DNA from: Spartobacteria bacterium
GTDB taxonomy: Bacteria; Verrucomicrobiota; Verrucomicrobiia; Chthoniobacterales; UBA6821
Length of the DNA: 24,000 nucleotides
Direction of reading: 5' to 3'
Assembly (NCBI GenBank): GCA_947466005.1
Contig: CANIBV010000002.1
Coordinates: 30,817 to 54,816 of the forward strand
How positions within the stretch are numbered: position 1 is the stretch's first letter; every line of letters begins with the position of its first letter. The translations under genes were made by a program, and so were the position numbers. A model generated the notes under the pieces. The model was given only the letters and a program-made list of their open reading frames with translations. It had not been told where the DNA came from and made no database searches. This document shows positions 17,381 to 24,000 of this stretch, in pieces.

Positions 17381-18091
17381 TCAAGCCCTCCCGGGAACCC
17401 ATCTGAGTGCAAAGGCGGCCGGGGGATCACACCCGGGACTGATCCACTGGATCACTGCGGCCCAGCCATGACTCTCCTCATCGTGAGGAAGGTAACCTCG
17501 GATCGCCGTCACGACATCCCATCCATCATGCAGATGGACGGTAAGCACCGGGTCGGTCATTTCGGCTTTCTTGACCTTGTCAATGTAGTCGTCGGGCTCC
17601 ATCACCGCGGCCAGCTTCCCATAGCCCGGCATGCGGCTCCCTCCCACCATGCGCCAGAGTCCAAGTCGAGTGACCAGCTCCCTGGTCGCCACGGTCAGGG
17701 CCTTCCCCAATCCGTGATGTTGGTGCCCCGGATGAATGAACAGATCAGCCCCGTAGAGCGTATGGCCAGAGGGATCATGATCCGCAAAACTCCCTCCCGC
17801 CGTCAGCGTCTCCCAGGAGTCATCCAGATGGAAGTGCATCATCTGAATCAAGAGAGTGAAATGGACGCCTGCCACGGCGCCTGTCTCAACGTGAACGACG
17901 ACGAACTGACCATCCGGAAACACGCGGTGATGGGCGGCCAATTCCTCATCAGTGTAGGGACGCTCCGTAGGATAGACCATTTTGCAGATCGCCGAGATCT
18001 GGGCGTAATCCTGATCTGACATGAGCCTGATGGCATAGCCCTCGGGAAGGTGGAGACGCGCTTCGTTCATGGAGATGGGAGTAACTTCCAA
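17381..18091 (-). CDS. GNAT family N-acetyltransferase
   Basis: Acetyl-CoA motif Q/R-x-x-G-x-G/A in IHPGHQHHGLGKAL, with the beta-strand pattern of the GNAT fold before it. The opposite-strand ORF 17336..18019 is R/H/P-rich shadow sequence. The substrate is unknown. Confidence 0.65.
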   Translation of the reverse strand: MEVTPISMNEARLHLPEGYAIRLMSDQDYAQISAICKMVYPTERPYTDEELAAHHRVFPDGQFVVVHVETGAVAGVHFTLLIQMMHFHLDDSWETLTAGGSFADHDPSGHTLYGADLFIHPGHQHHGLGKALTVATRELVTRLGLWRMVGGSRMPGYGKLAAVMEPDDYIDKVKKAEMTDPVLTVHLHDGWDVVTAIRGYLPHDEESHGWAAVIQWISPGCDPPAAFALRWVPGRA

Positions 18092-18118
18092 CGCAGCGTG
18101 CAGGAAGTCAGGCGGAAT

Positions 18119-18391
18119 CTGAACCCACCGATAAAAAAGACTGGTCCTTCATCAGTTAGCTTGGGAATTGACGAGAAGAGCTTCGCCAAGGGGCATAAGT
18201 ACTCGAGGGTGGCAAGCGACTTGATGGGAGGGCGGGTAGTGGAGGTTTATCATGATGTCACTCGGCAAGCCTCAGGCAGGGACGCCATGAGTGGGCGTAG
18301 AGCACTGGAATCAGAGCGCTACCTCAGGGGGACACAACGGCGACAGCTCCATAACGAGACTGAGTCTCTGGATCTGCCACTCATCATCTAG
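18119..18391 (+). pseudogene. Decayed internal fragment of an ISL3-family transposase
   Basis: VSLGIDEKSFAKGHKYSRVASDLMGGRVVEV (18155-18247) matches the start of the ISL3 DDE domain (lGIDEksfrKGH.Y.t...DL...rVl.v). The downstream residues look degenerate and stop at 18391. The N-terminal zinc-finger/HTH part and the C-terminal two thirds are both missing, and I found no inverted repeats. Confidence 0.5.
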
Positions 18392-18502
18392 GCGCAGTTG
18401 AGATGTTGATGCAGGTGGCCCGAACCCACCCTCTCTCACTAATGATGGCCTCAGGGCCGGAAAGGTTTTGCCTGAAGCTGATAAGCATGAAAGAAAAGAC
18501 CC

Positions 18503-18790
18503 ATGCATGCAGTTATCCGCCACTACCACTTCGCCCCCAAGGACAGCAAAGAGATCGACCAGAAAATCGCCGATGAGTTTTTACCGATCATCCGTAAAGC
18601 GAAAGGGTTCGTCCGCTACTACTGGCTCGACAACGGGAATGGCGAGGGCACCTCGGTCAGTGTTTTCCGTGACAAGGATGGGGCGGATGATTCCGTCCGA
18701 CTGGCCGCATCCTACGTGCATGAACATCTTGTTAATTTGATGAAGCAGAAGCCAGACATCATCGAGGGACCTGTCGTCGTACACGACTGA
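18503..18790 (+). CDS. Small ABM-like / dimeric alpha-beta-barrel protein, function unknown
   Basis: 95 aa. MHAVIRHYHF...GFVRYYWLDNGNGEGTSVSVFRDKDGADDS...IIEGPVVV fits the beta-alpha-beta-beta pattern and the size of ferredoxin-like ABM domains. This is a weak, memory-based assignment. Confidence 0.45.
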   Translation: MHAVIRHYHFAPKDSKEIDQKIADEFLPIIRKAKGFVRYYWLDNGNGEGTSVSVFRDKDGADDSVRLAASYVHEHLVNLMKQKPDIIEGPVVVHD

Positions 18791-19102
18791 TTCGCGGAGG
18801 CCGTCACCTCTCTTTGAGTCGGCGCGAGGTGTTGCCGGATAAATCTCTTGTTGCGGGGTGATTGCATCTTGATCATCTAGGCGCGATCAAAGCTGCACTC
18901 CCCCCTTCTTTGCATTCTCCTCACCCCCTGGCAAGGAATGATGAAAGAGCCAACCCAACTGCAAGCAGGCAGAGAACCGGACGGGAAAAAGTCATCAGTG
19001 ATGAGTACCTCCTCCTAATACGGCAGGGAATACCCGATGTTCCAGCACCACGGATAGAAGGAGGTTTTCTCCCTATTCAAAATAATCATTGCAGCCTAAA
19101 AA

Positions 19103-20242
19103 TTGAGTGTGAAAAAAATCCTCTTATTGGGCTCCGGTGAACTGGGCAAAGAATTCGTGATCAGCGCCAAGCGTCTGGGGTGTCATGTGATTGCTTGCGA
19201 CAGCTACCAAGGGGCACCCGCAATGCAGGTGGCCGATGAGAGTTGTGTGTTTAGCATGCTCGATGAACAGGCTTTGCGGGCTGCCATCGCAAAATATCAA
19301 CCCGATCTGATCGTTCCAGAAATTGAGGCTATTAGAACCGAGGTCCTGCTGGATGTTGAAAAAGCAGGTTTCGAAGTGATTCCCAGCGCAAGGGCCGCGA
19401 ACTTAACCATGAATCGAGACAGGATTCGTGATGTTGCTGCCGGTCTTGGCGTGAGAACGGCCAAATTTCATTATGCAGAATCCGTGGAAGATCTCATGGC
19501 TCACGCTAAAACCATTGGGTTTCCAGTGGTGATCAAGCCGGTGATGAGCTCCTCAGGCAAAGGCCAAAGCGTGGCCAAGAGCGAGTCTGATATTCAGGCC
19601 AGTTGGGATTACGCCTGTTTGGGAATGCGTGGCGACCGCAAGAAGGTGATCGTCGAAGAGTTCATCAAATTCGAATTTGAGATCACGTTACTCACCATCC
19701 GCCAAAAGAATGGTGAAACCATCTTCTGCCAACCTATTGGTCATGTTCAAGAGCGCGGAGATTATCAATACAGTTGGCAACCCCAGCCCATGAATCATGA
19801 ATCCTTGAAGGCCGCTCAAGACATGGCTGCAAAGGTCACCGCCGACTTGGGCGGCGCCGGTCTTTTCGGCGTTGAGTTTTTTGTCACCAAGGATGAAGTC
19901 ATCTTTAGCGAGTTAAGTCCGCGCCCCCATGATACGGGCATGGTGACTTTGGTTAGTCAGAATCTGAGTGAGTTTGATTTGCATGCCAGGGCAATTCTAG
20001 GCATGCCAATCCCATCCATCGAATGCATCGAGGGAGCGAGTGCTGTTGTCTTGGCCACGAAGGAGGGGCGAGATCCTACCTTCCAAGGAGTTGATGATGC
20101 CTTGAGCGAGAGGGGTGTTGATGTTCGGATTTTTGGCAAGCCTACTGCTCGCCCCTATCGCCGCATGGCTGTTGCTTTAGCCAGTGGCCCAGATGCATTG
20201 GCGCGCGCTCGAGCCGCGGCGGCGAAGATCACAGTTCATTAA
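19103..20242 (+). CDS. purT: Formate-dependent phosphoribosylglycinamide formyltransferase (GAR transformylase 2)
   Basis: [73 protein letters not shown]-grasp architecture. The start is TTG 19103 or GTG 19109. Codons are visibly richer in A/T at the third position than in neighbouring genes. Confidence 0.92.
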   Translation: MSVKKILLLGSGELGKEFVISAKRLGCHVIACDSYQGAPAMQVADESCVFSMLDEQALRAAIAKYQPDLIVPEIEAIRTEVLLDVEKAGFEVIPSARAANLTMNRDRIRDVAAGLGVRTAKFHYAESVEDLMAHAKTIGFPVVIKPVMSSSGKGQSVAKSESDIQASWDYACLGMRGDRKKVIVEEFIKFEFEITLLTIRQKNGETIFCQPIGHVQERGDYQYSWQPQPMNHESLKAAQDMAAKVTADLGGAGLFGVEFFVTKDEVIFSELSPRPHDTGMVTLVSQNLSEFDLHARAILGMPIPSIECIEGASAVVLATKEGRDPTFQGVDDALSERGVDVRIFGKPTARPYRRMAVALASGPDALARARAAAAKITVH

Positions 20243-20346
20243 ATAACTCCGTTTCTTCTGGTTATTAACTGATCCGAAGCCACGATCCAATCGCAGCCTA
20301 AGCGTCCTGCAAAAGGCATGCAAAAACCACCAGCAATAAAACATCC

Positions 20347-20709
20347 ATGAAATCACGCGCAAAGAAATCAGCCACCAAGGACAGGTATCTCGTCATCGGA
20401 TCCCACGGACCCGGATTCACCTCACAGGAGGAGGAACTGACCGTCTTGCAGGAGGGGATCATTCCTTCCTTTGACGCACTCCACAAACTGGAAGATAAAG
20501 GCATCATCCTTGCCGGAGGGCTTCCACTTGGCGAACGGACGCTGGTTTTCATCATGGAGGCCTCCTGCAACGAGGAAGCGGACCGAATCCTGCGCGAGCT
20601 TCCCTGCTGGGGTGTCTTTGACTGGGAGGTCCGGCCTCTCCTCACATTTGCGAAGCGTTCCAAAGAGGAGCAAGGCATCGTGTCCAAACTCAAGAAGAGC
20701 CGCAAATAA
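20347..20709 (+). CDS. Muconolactone-isomerase-like small alpha+beta protein, function unknown
   Basis: DRYLVIG...GIILAGGLPLGERTLVFIMEASCNEEADRILRELPCWGVFDWEVRPLLTF resembles the MIase-family pattern (..v.I.dv.s..E...lL..LP......eV.PL). Third-position G+C is high, as in host genes. Two overlapping minus-strand ORFs look like shadows. Confidence 0.5.
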   Translation: MKSRAKKSATKDRYLVIGSHGPGFTSQEEELTVLQEGIIPSFDALHKLEDKGIILAGGLPLGERTLVFIMEASCNEEADRILRELPCWGVFDWEVRPLLTFAKRSKEEQGIVSKLKKSRK

Positions 20710-20721
20710 ACTGATCCCCCT

Positions 20722-20760
20722 AAAAAAACCATCCCCTTCCCTTTCAGGAGGTGCGGATGG
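20722..20760 (-). terminator. Intrinsic-terminator-like hairpin plus U7, oriented for the minus strand
   Basis: The minus strand reads CCATCC-gca-CCTCC-tgaaag-GGAAGG-GGATGG, followed by TTTTTTT (complement of A7 at 20722-20728). On the plus strand the same hairpin begins 20 nt after the stop of the 20347..20709 ORF but is followed by G10, not a T-run. Confidence 0.45.
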
Positions 20761-20768
20761 GGGGGGGG
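20759..20768. repeat. G10 homopolymer tract
   Basis: Ten consecutive G (20759-20768), partly forming the 3' arm of the hairpin above. It lies 163 nt upstream of the folD ATG. Confidence 0.9.
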
Positions 20769-20930
20769 AGCTATCATTGGACGTCATCGGCATCTAGGGA
20801 AGCGCCCCTTTTTCTTGGATAGGGAACGGGATCTGTTGAAGAATGCACTCGCAGATAGCCAATCCGGCTCGCTTCGTTCAAAAGCAACTGCAGTCACCAG
20901 CTTTTTTTCAAAACCAGCTTCACTAATCCC

Positions 20931-21818
20931 ATGAAACTCATTGATGGCAAGGCGGTCGCCGCCGAAGTCGAACTCGAAACCAAGGCACGCATCGATGCCC
21001 TGAAGGCTCGAGGCATCACCCCCGGCCTCGCCGTGGTACTCATCGGCGAGGATCCCGCCTCCCAGGCTTATGTCCGTAACAAGGACAAGACCTGCGCCGC
21101 CCTCGGGATGCACTCCCGTAAGATCGAGCTTCCCGCCTCCACCAGTCAGGAGGAAGTGCTCAACCTCGTTACAGAACTCAATGCCGATCCCGCCATCCAT
21201 GGCATCCTTGTGCAGTCGCCGCCCCCGAAGCATATCGACGAGCATGCCGTGACAATCGCGATCGACCCGCGAAAGGATGTCGATGGATTCCACCCCGTCA
21301 ACGTGGCAAAGCTCGCCATGGAAGACCCGACGGCCTTCGTCCCCTGCACCCCGCTTGGCTGCCAGCGCCTCTTGATTGCCGCCGGCATTGAAACTTCGGG
21401 CGCCGAGGTGGTCGTGGTCGGACGCAGCCTGATTGTCGGCAAGCCAATGGCCCTTCTTCTCATGGCCAGGAACAATGGAGGCAAAGGTGGCGACGCCACT
21501 GTCACGATCGCCCATTCCCGCACGAAGGATCTCGCAGCAGTCACCCGTCGCGCCGACATCGTCATTGCCGCGATCGGCAGACCGAAGTCCCTCGGGGCAG
21601 ACCACATTAAGGAAGGAGCTGTTGTCATCGATGTCGGGATTAACCGCGTTGCGGATCCCTCGACGAAGAGCGGATACCGCTTGGTCGGCGACATCGACTT
21701 CGATGCCGTGGCACCCAAGTGCTCAGCCATCACCCCGGTCCCCGGTGGCGTCGGCCCGATGACGATTGCCATGTTGATGAGCAATACAGTGACCGCCTGC
21801 GAACGCCTAACGGCGTAG
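20931..21818 (+). CDS. folD: Bifunctional methylenetetrahydrofolate dehydrogenase / methenyltetrahydrofolate cyclohydrolase
   Basis: [79 protein letters not shown]. Confidence 0.95.
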   Translation: MKLIDGKAVAAEVELETKARIDALKARGITPGLAVVLIGEDPASQAYVRNKDKTCAALGMHSRKIELPASTSQEEVLNLVTELNADPAIHGILVQSPPPKHIDEHAVTIAIDPRKDVDGFHPVNVAKLAMEDPTAFVPCTPLGCQRLLIAAGIETSGAEVVVVGRSLIVGKPMALLLMARNNGGKGGDATVTIAHSRTKDLAAVTRRADIVIAAIGRPKSLGADHIKEGAVVIDVGINRVADPSTKSGYRLVGDIDFDAVAPKCSAITPVPGGVGPMTIAMLMSNTVTACERLTA

Positions 21819-21842
21819 GCTTAGAGCGGTTATGCTCTAAGC
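21819..21842. terminator. Perfect 9-bp hairpin between convergent folD and the PIN toxin gene (no U-tract)
   Basis: GCTTAGAGC (21819-21827), loop ggttat, GCTCTAAGC (21834-21842). It starts immediately after the folD TAG stop. There is no T-run on either side, so terminator function is uncertain. Confidence 0.4.
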
Positions 21843-21885
21843 CCCCACTAAAGTCCGGCCAGGGTCCCTCTACTCTTCTGGTCAC

Positions 21886-22326
21886 TCAGCTCACCTTCCG
21901 CAGAAACTCCGCAGGGCTTAGGATCGTGATTCCCTCGTATTCCTTGAGGGCGAGGAGGTGTTTTTTGTCACCACTAACGATGTAGTCGGCTTCGGCGGCG
22001 AGTGCTGCTTCCAAGATTTTCTCATCATCAGGATCAGCAGTGGCCCCGGTCGCCCGGTGCGTGGGGAACACCAATTCGGCAGCTTCACCCAACGCCTCAA
22101 CCCATTCCACGGGAGTGATCGCCGGGTAGTCGATCCGCAATTCCTCCATGGTTTCATGATATTCGGCCAAGATCGGAGGACTGATCACCGCCTCACACTT
22201 TCTTTCGACCCAGGCGGTGAGGCACCGAAATGGGGACCCCTGCCAGAACGCAGCGCTAACCACCACATTCGTGTCAAAAACAACTCTAAGATCAGGCGCT
22301 TTTGGCACGACGACGGACCCTTTCAA
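21886..22326 (-). CDS. PIN-domain toxin of a type II toxin-antitoxin pair (PIN_3 / VapC-like)
   Basis: RVVFDTNVVVSA, DPDDEKILEAALAAEADYIVSGDKKHLLALKEYEGITILSPAEFL. The acidic PIN residues are present. The TTG start at 22326 overlaps the antitoxin by 35 nt. GTG 22308 is an alternative start. Confidence 0.85.
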   Translation of the reverse strand: MKGSVVVPKAPDLRVVFDTNVVVSAAFWQGSPFRCLTAWVERKCEAVISPPILAEYHETMEELRIDYPAITPVEWVEALGEAAELVFPTHRATGATADPDDEKILEAALAAEADYIVSGDKKHLLALKEYEGITILSPAEFLRKVS

Positions 22327-22552
22327 TGGCCTTGGCCACGTTCGCCTCGTCCCTCACTGTTATTTGCGGAAGATGGCGACCCGCCAGCAGGAGGGCTCTC
22401 ACGCGCGAGGCGGTCAACGGTTGGCGCTTCCTCATCACGATGAGCCCCCCCGAGTATCCGACGTCGAGTTGATCCCCCGTCTTGATACGGGCCATCTCGC
22501 GGATGGGACCGGGAATCACTGTCTGCCCCTTGACTGAAACCTTAGTAAGCAT
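22292..22552 (-). CDS. AbrB/MazE/SpoVT-family antitoxin
   Basis: MLTKVSVKGQTVIPGPIREMARIKTGDQLDV is the looped-hinge-helix SpoVT-AbrB motif. 86 aa, immediately upstream of and overlapping the PIN gene. Confidence 0.85.
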   Translation of the reverse strand: MLTKVSVKGQTVIPGPIREMARIKTGDQLDVGYSGGLIVMRKRQPLTASRVRALLLAGRHLPQITVRDEANVAKAIERVRRRAKSA

Positions 22553-22592
22553 GAAGTAAGATTCATCTTACTATTTTAGAATGTCAAGTAAG
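22544..22592 (-). promoter_or_regulatory. Operator-like AGTAAG repeat array at the toxin-antitoxin promoter/5' end
   Basis: Perfect inverted repeat AGTAAGAT-tc-ATCTTACT (22555-22572), starting 3 nt upstream of the antitoxin ATG (22552-22550). Additional AGTAAG half-sites at 22544-22549 (codons 2-3) and 22587-22592. On the minus strand, TTGACA and TAAAAT hexamers occur nearby, but their spacing (3 nt) excludes them from forming one promoter. Confidence 0.5.
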
Positions 22593-22646
22593 CCCAAGCC
22601 GTTTTAATCCGAACTCCTCTCCCCGTTCCTCATTTCAGAGGCTGCG

Positions 22647-22681
22647 TTCCTAAGAGTCCAAAAGACTACAGTCTAACAACC
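22647..22681. repeat. AGTCT/AGACT palindromic intergenic repeat, copy 3
   Basis: ttcctaagAGTCcaaaAGACTacAGTCTaacaacc. Matches copy 1 at 25/28 over the first 28 nt. It ends 20 nt before the stop (22702-22704) of the minus-strand M16 peptidase gene. Confidence 0.75.
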
Positions 22682-22701
22682 TTACCCCTTGGGATCATTT
22701 T

Positions 22702-23979
22702 TTATGCAGACAGAATCAGCCCCAAGATCTCTTCCTTGGAGGGACCGGGGCCGACCATGGCGAGGCTCAGGGTCCTGCTCTTGAGAATCTGAGCGGCAGC
22801 CTTCTGCACGGCCGCTGCGGTCACCTTGGCCAGATGCGCATAGACCTCCTCGGGAGGGACGATCTTGCCATAGGTCAGCAGGGAGGAACCCAATCGGTAG
22901 TTCTGCGTGGCTGCGCGCTCCAGAGCCATGCGACTGGTGCCGATCGTGTAATCGCGTGCACGCCTGAGTTCGGCCACGGAGGGTCCCTTCTCAGCGATCC
23001 GGCGGCACTCTCGGAAGATGAGTTTTAAGGCCTTAGCGACATTCGACCCATCCAACCCGATCGTGATCTCGAAGGCACCGCAATCCGAGTGGGTCGAGAG
23101 TGAGGTGCTCACCGAGTAGCAGAGACCGCGATGCTCGCGCAACTCTTGGAAAAGACGGGAGCTCATGTTCCCGCCGAGGATCACATGCAGGAGATTCACC
23201 GCATAGCGACGGGTATCAGAGGCGCCTGTGCCACGGAAGGACATGGCGATCTGCGTCTGCTGGGTCTCGCGGTTCTCGATCAGAATGCGTGGTGAGGTCT
23301 GGCGGGAAGGGGGTGTCAGCGAACGACTGGAAGATCCCCGGGGCTTCCCGGGAAGTTTCCCAAGGAATCGATTGGCAAGGGCCACGAGTTCGTCATGCTC
23401 CACGGCACCTGCGGCCGTCAGGATGGTCCGGCCGGCGTGATAGTGGCTTTTCAGATGGGCGAGCAGATCGGCGCGGGTTATCGCAGCAAGGCTCTTCTTG
23501 GTTCCGGTGATGGGTCGCCCGAGGGAATCACCCCTCCATGTCTCGGCGGTCAGCAGCTCATGGACGTGCTGGGCAGGCTCGTCGCGGATCATCTCGATCT
23601 CCTCGACGATCACTCCCCTCTCCCTCTCCACCTCGGCGGGAGCGAGCCGTGAATGGGAATACATGTCGGCGAGGACTTCGGTGATGCTGGAAAAATGATC
23701 AGCGGAAGCAGCCGCGTAGTAGCAGGTGCGCTCTTCGGCGGTGTAGGCATTCAGATCGCCGCCGACTCCCTCGACCTCTTCGCTGATCTGGCGTGCGGAA
23801 CGCTTCCTTGTCCCCTTGAAGAGGAGATGCTCCAGAAAGTGCGAGACCCCGCCGATACGGGCGGCCTCGTGACGGGCACCCACCGCACACCAGATGCCGA
23901 CCGCAGCTGTTTGAGATGAAGGCATGGCGCAACTGGCCACGCGGAGACCGTTCGGTAAGGTGGTGATCTGAGTCTTCAT
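22702..23979 (-). CDS. M16 family (pitrilysin/insulinase-type) zinc metallopeptidase
   Basis: Inverted zincin motif HxxEH in GVSHFLEHLLFKGT. Downstream are EVEGVGGDLNAYTAEERTCYY and the two-domain M16 length of 425 aa. Confidence 0.88.
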   Translation of the reverse strand: MKTQITTLPNGLRVASCAMPSSQTAAVGIWCAVGARHEAARIGGVSHFLEHLLFKGTRKRSARQISEEVEGVGGDLNAYTAEERTCYYAAASADHFSSITEVLADMYSHSRLAPAEVERERGVIVEEIEMIRDEPAQHVHELLTAETWRGDSLGRPITGTKKSLAAITRADLLAHLKSHYHAGRTILTAAGAVEHDELVALANRFLGKLPGKPRGSSSRSLTPPSRQTSPRILIENRETQQTQIAMSFRGTGASDTRRYAVNLLHVILGGNMSSRLFQELREHRGLCYSVSTSLSTHSDCGAFEITIGLDGSNVAKALKLIFRECRRIAEKGPSVAELRRARDYTIGTSRMALERAATQNYRLGSSLLTYGKIVPPEEVYAHLAKVTAAAVQKAAAQILKSRTLSLAMVGPGPSKEEILGLILSA

Positions 23980-24000
23980 GGTAAGGGGTTCACGATCCAG

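Noticed and set aside
17336-18019. A 227-aa plus-strand ORF overlapping the GNAT gene, which raises the question of which strand is coding.
   Set aside because: The minus-strand product has the GNAT acetyl-CoA motif (HQHHGLGKAL) and a sensible fold pattern. The plus-strand product is H/R/P/G-rich and featureless.
18383-18884. A 13-nt exact direct repeat ATCATCTAGGCGC at 18383-18395 and 18872-18884. It flanks the ABM-like gene next to the IS relic and could be a recombination or target-site scar.
   Set aside because: Similarity does not extend beyond the 13 nt. My rough expectation for exact 13-mer repeats in 24 kb is a few by chance (about N^2/2 divided by 4^13, roughly 4). It is not significant on its own.
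18791-19102. A ZTP (pfl), purine or THF riboswitch upstream of purT, and likewise upstream of folD at 20769-20930.
   Set aside because: I could not find the conserved cores I remember: GGGUCGUG ... CCGCCUGGGC for ZTP, or UAUA...GGAUAUGG...UUUCUACC...CCGUAAA for purine. Only a covariance-model scan could fully exclude them.
18862-19140. A 92-aa track ORF in the purT leader.
   Set aside because: It has a non-ATG (TTG) start, P/R/S/L-rich composition, runs into purT out of frame, and has no motif.
19091-20302. The 9-mer GCAGCCTAA occurs just before (19091-19099) and just after (20294-20302) purT, as possible islet boundaries.
   Set aside because: Exact 9-mers are expected many times by chance in 24 kb, and the flanks do not align.
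20297-20328. A possible degenerate fourth copy of the AGTCT/AGACT repeat (cctaagcgtcctgcaaaaggcatgcaaaaacc versus cctaagagtccaaaagactacagtctaacaacc).
   Set aside because: Only the first 11 nt and scattered A-runs match, the AGACT/AGTCT pentamers are absent, and it is not 3' of a credible minus-strand gene. This is too weak to call.
20298-20793. Two minus-strand ORFs (159 aa and 123 aa) that both cross the C10/G10 tract near their 5' ends. This would be a classic phase-variable gene arrangement, with frame switching between MPMTSNDSSPPP... and ...PPPHPHLLKG....
   Set aside because: Both lie antisense to the 20347..20709 ORF, which has a coherent muconolactone-isomerase-like pattern and host-like GC3. 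The minus products are S/R/P-rich. I kept the G10 tract itself as a finding, but not the phase-variable gene idea.
20784-21605. A 273-aa ORF (and 21146..21784, 212 aa) antisense to folD.
   Set aside because: folD is unambiguous on the plus strand. The antisense products are G/A/R/S-rich with no motifs.

Overview
This is a gene-dense bacterial chromosomal window, roughly 55-60% G+C by hand counts on sampled blocks, and it is mostly housekeeping genes on both strands. My impression from the protein sequences is a Verrucomicrobia/PVC-type organism, but I cannot verify that here.

Left to right:
- partial xylA (-), which is not in the ORF track
- GT39/ArnT-like membrane glycosyltransferase
- nth
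- AsmA-like anchored protein
- CbpA-type J-protein
- AI-2E transporter (-)
- 5-formyl-THF cyclo-ligase (-)
- MBL-fold hydrolase
- periplasmic cyclophilin (-)
- a tight same-strand cluster: aguB-like amidase, M14/AstE-like zinc hydrolase, low-GC secreted ORFan, hisB, hisH, hisA
- cytochrome b562-like protein (-)
- leuS (-)
- rdgB
- GNAT acetyltransferase (-)
- a decayed ISL3 transposase fragment
- a small ABM-like protein
- a compositionally atypical purT
- a muconolactone-isomerase-like small protein
- folD
- a PIN/AbrB type II toxin-antitoxin pair (-)
- an M16 peptidase (-)

I recognised no rRNA, tRNA or CRISPR array, and no intact mobile element. I do not see a convincing novel multi-gene system.

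The signals most worth a second look:
1. A roughly 30-nt AGTCT/AGACT palindromic repeat occurs three times, always just 3' of the stop codon of a minus-strand gene and always in the same orientation.
2. A low-GC purT islet sits next to the transposase relic.
3. An intrinsic-terminator-like hairpin plus U7, oriented for the minus strand with no minus-strand gene to terminate, is fused to a G10 homopolymer upstream of folD.
4. An operator-like AGTAAG repeat array lies at the toxin-antitoxin promoter.

All functional calls rest on motif recognition from translated ORFs. No database search was possible.
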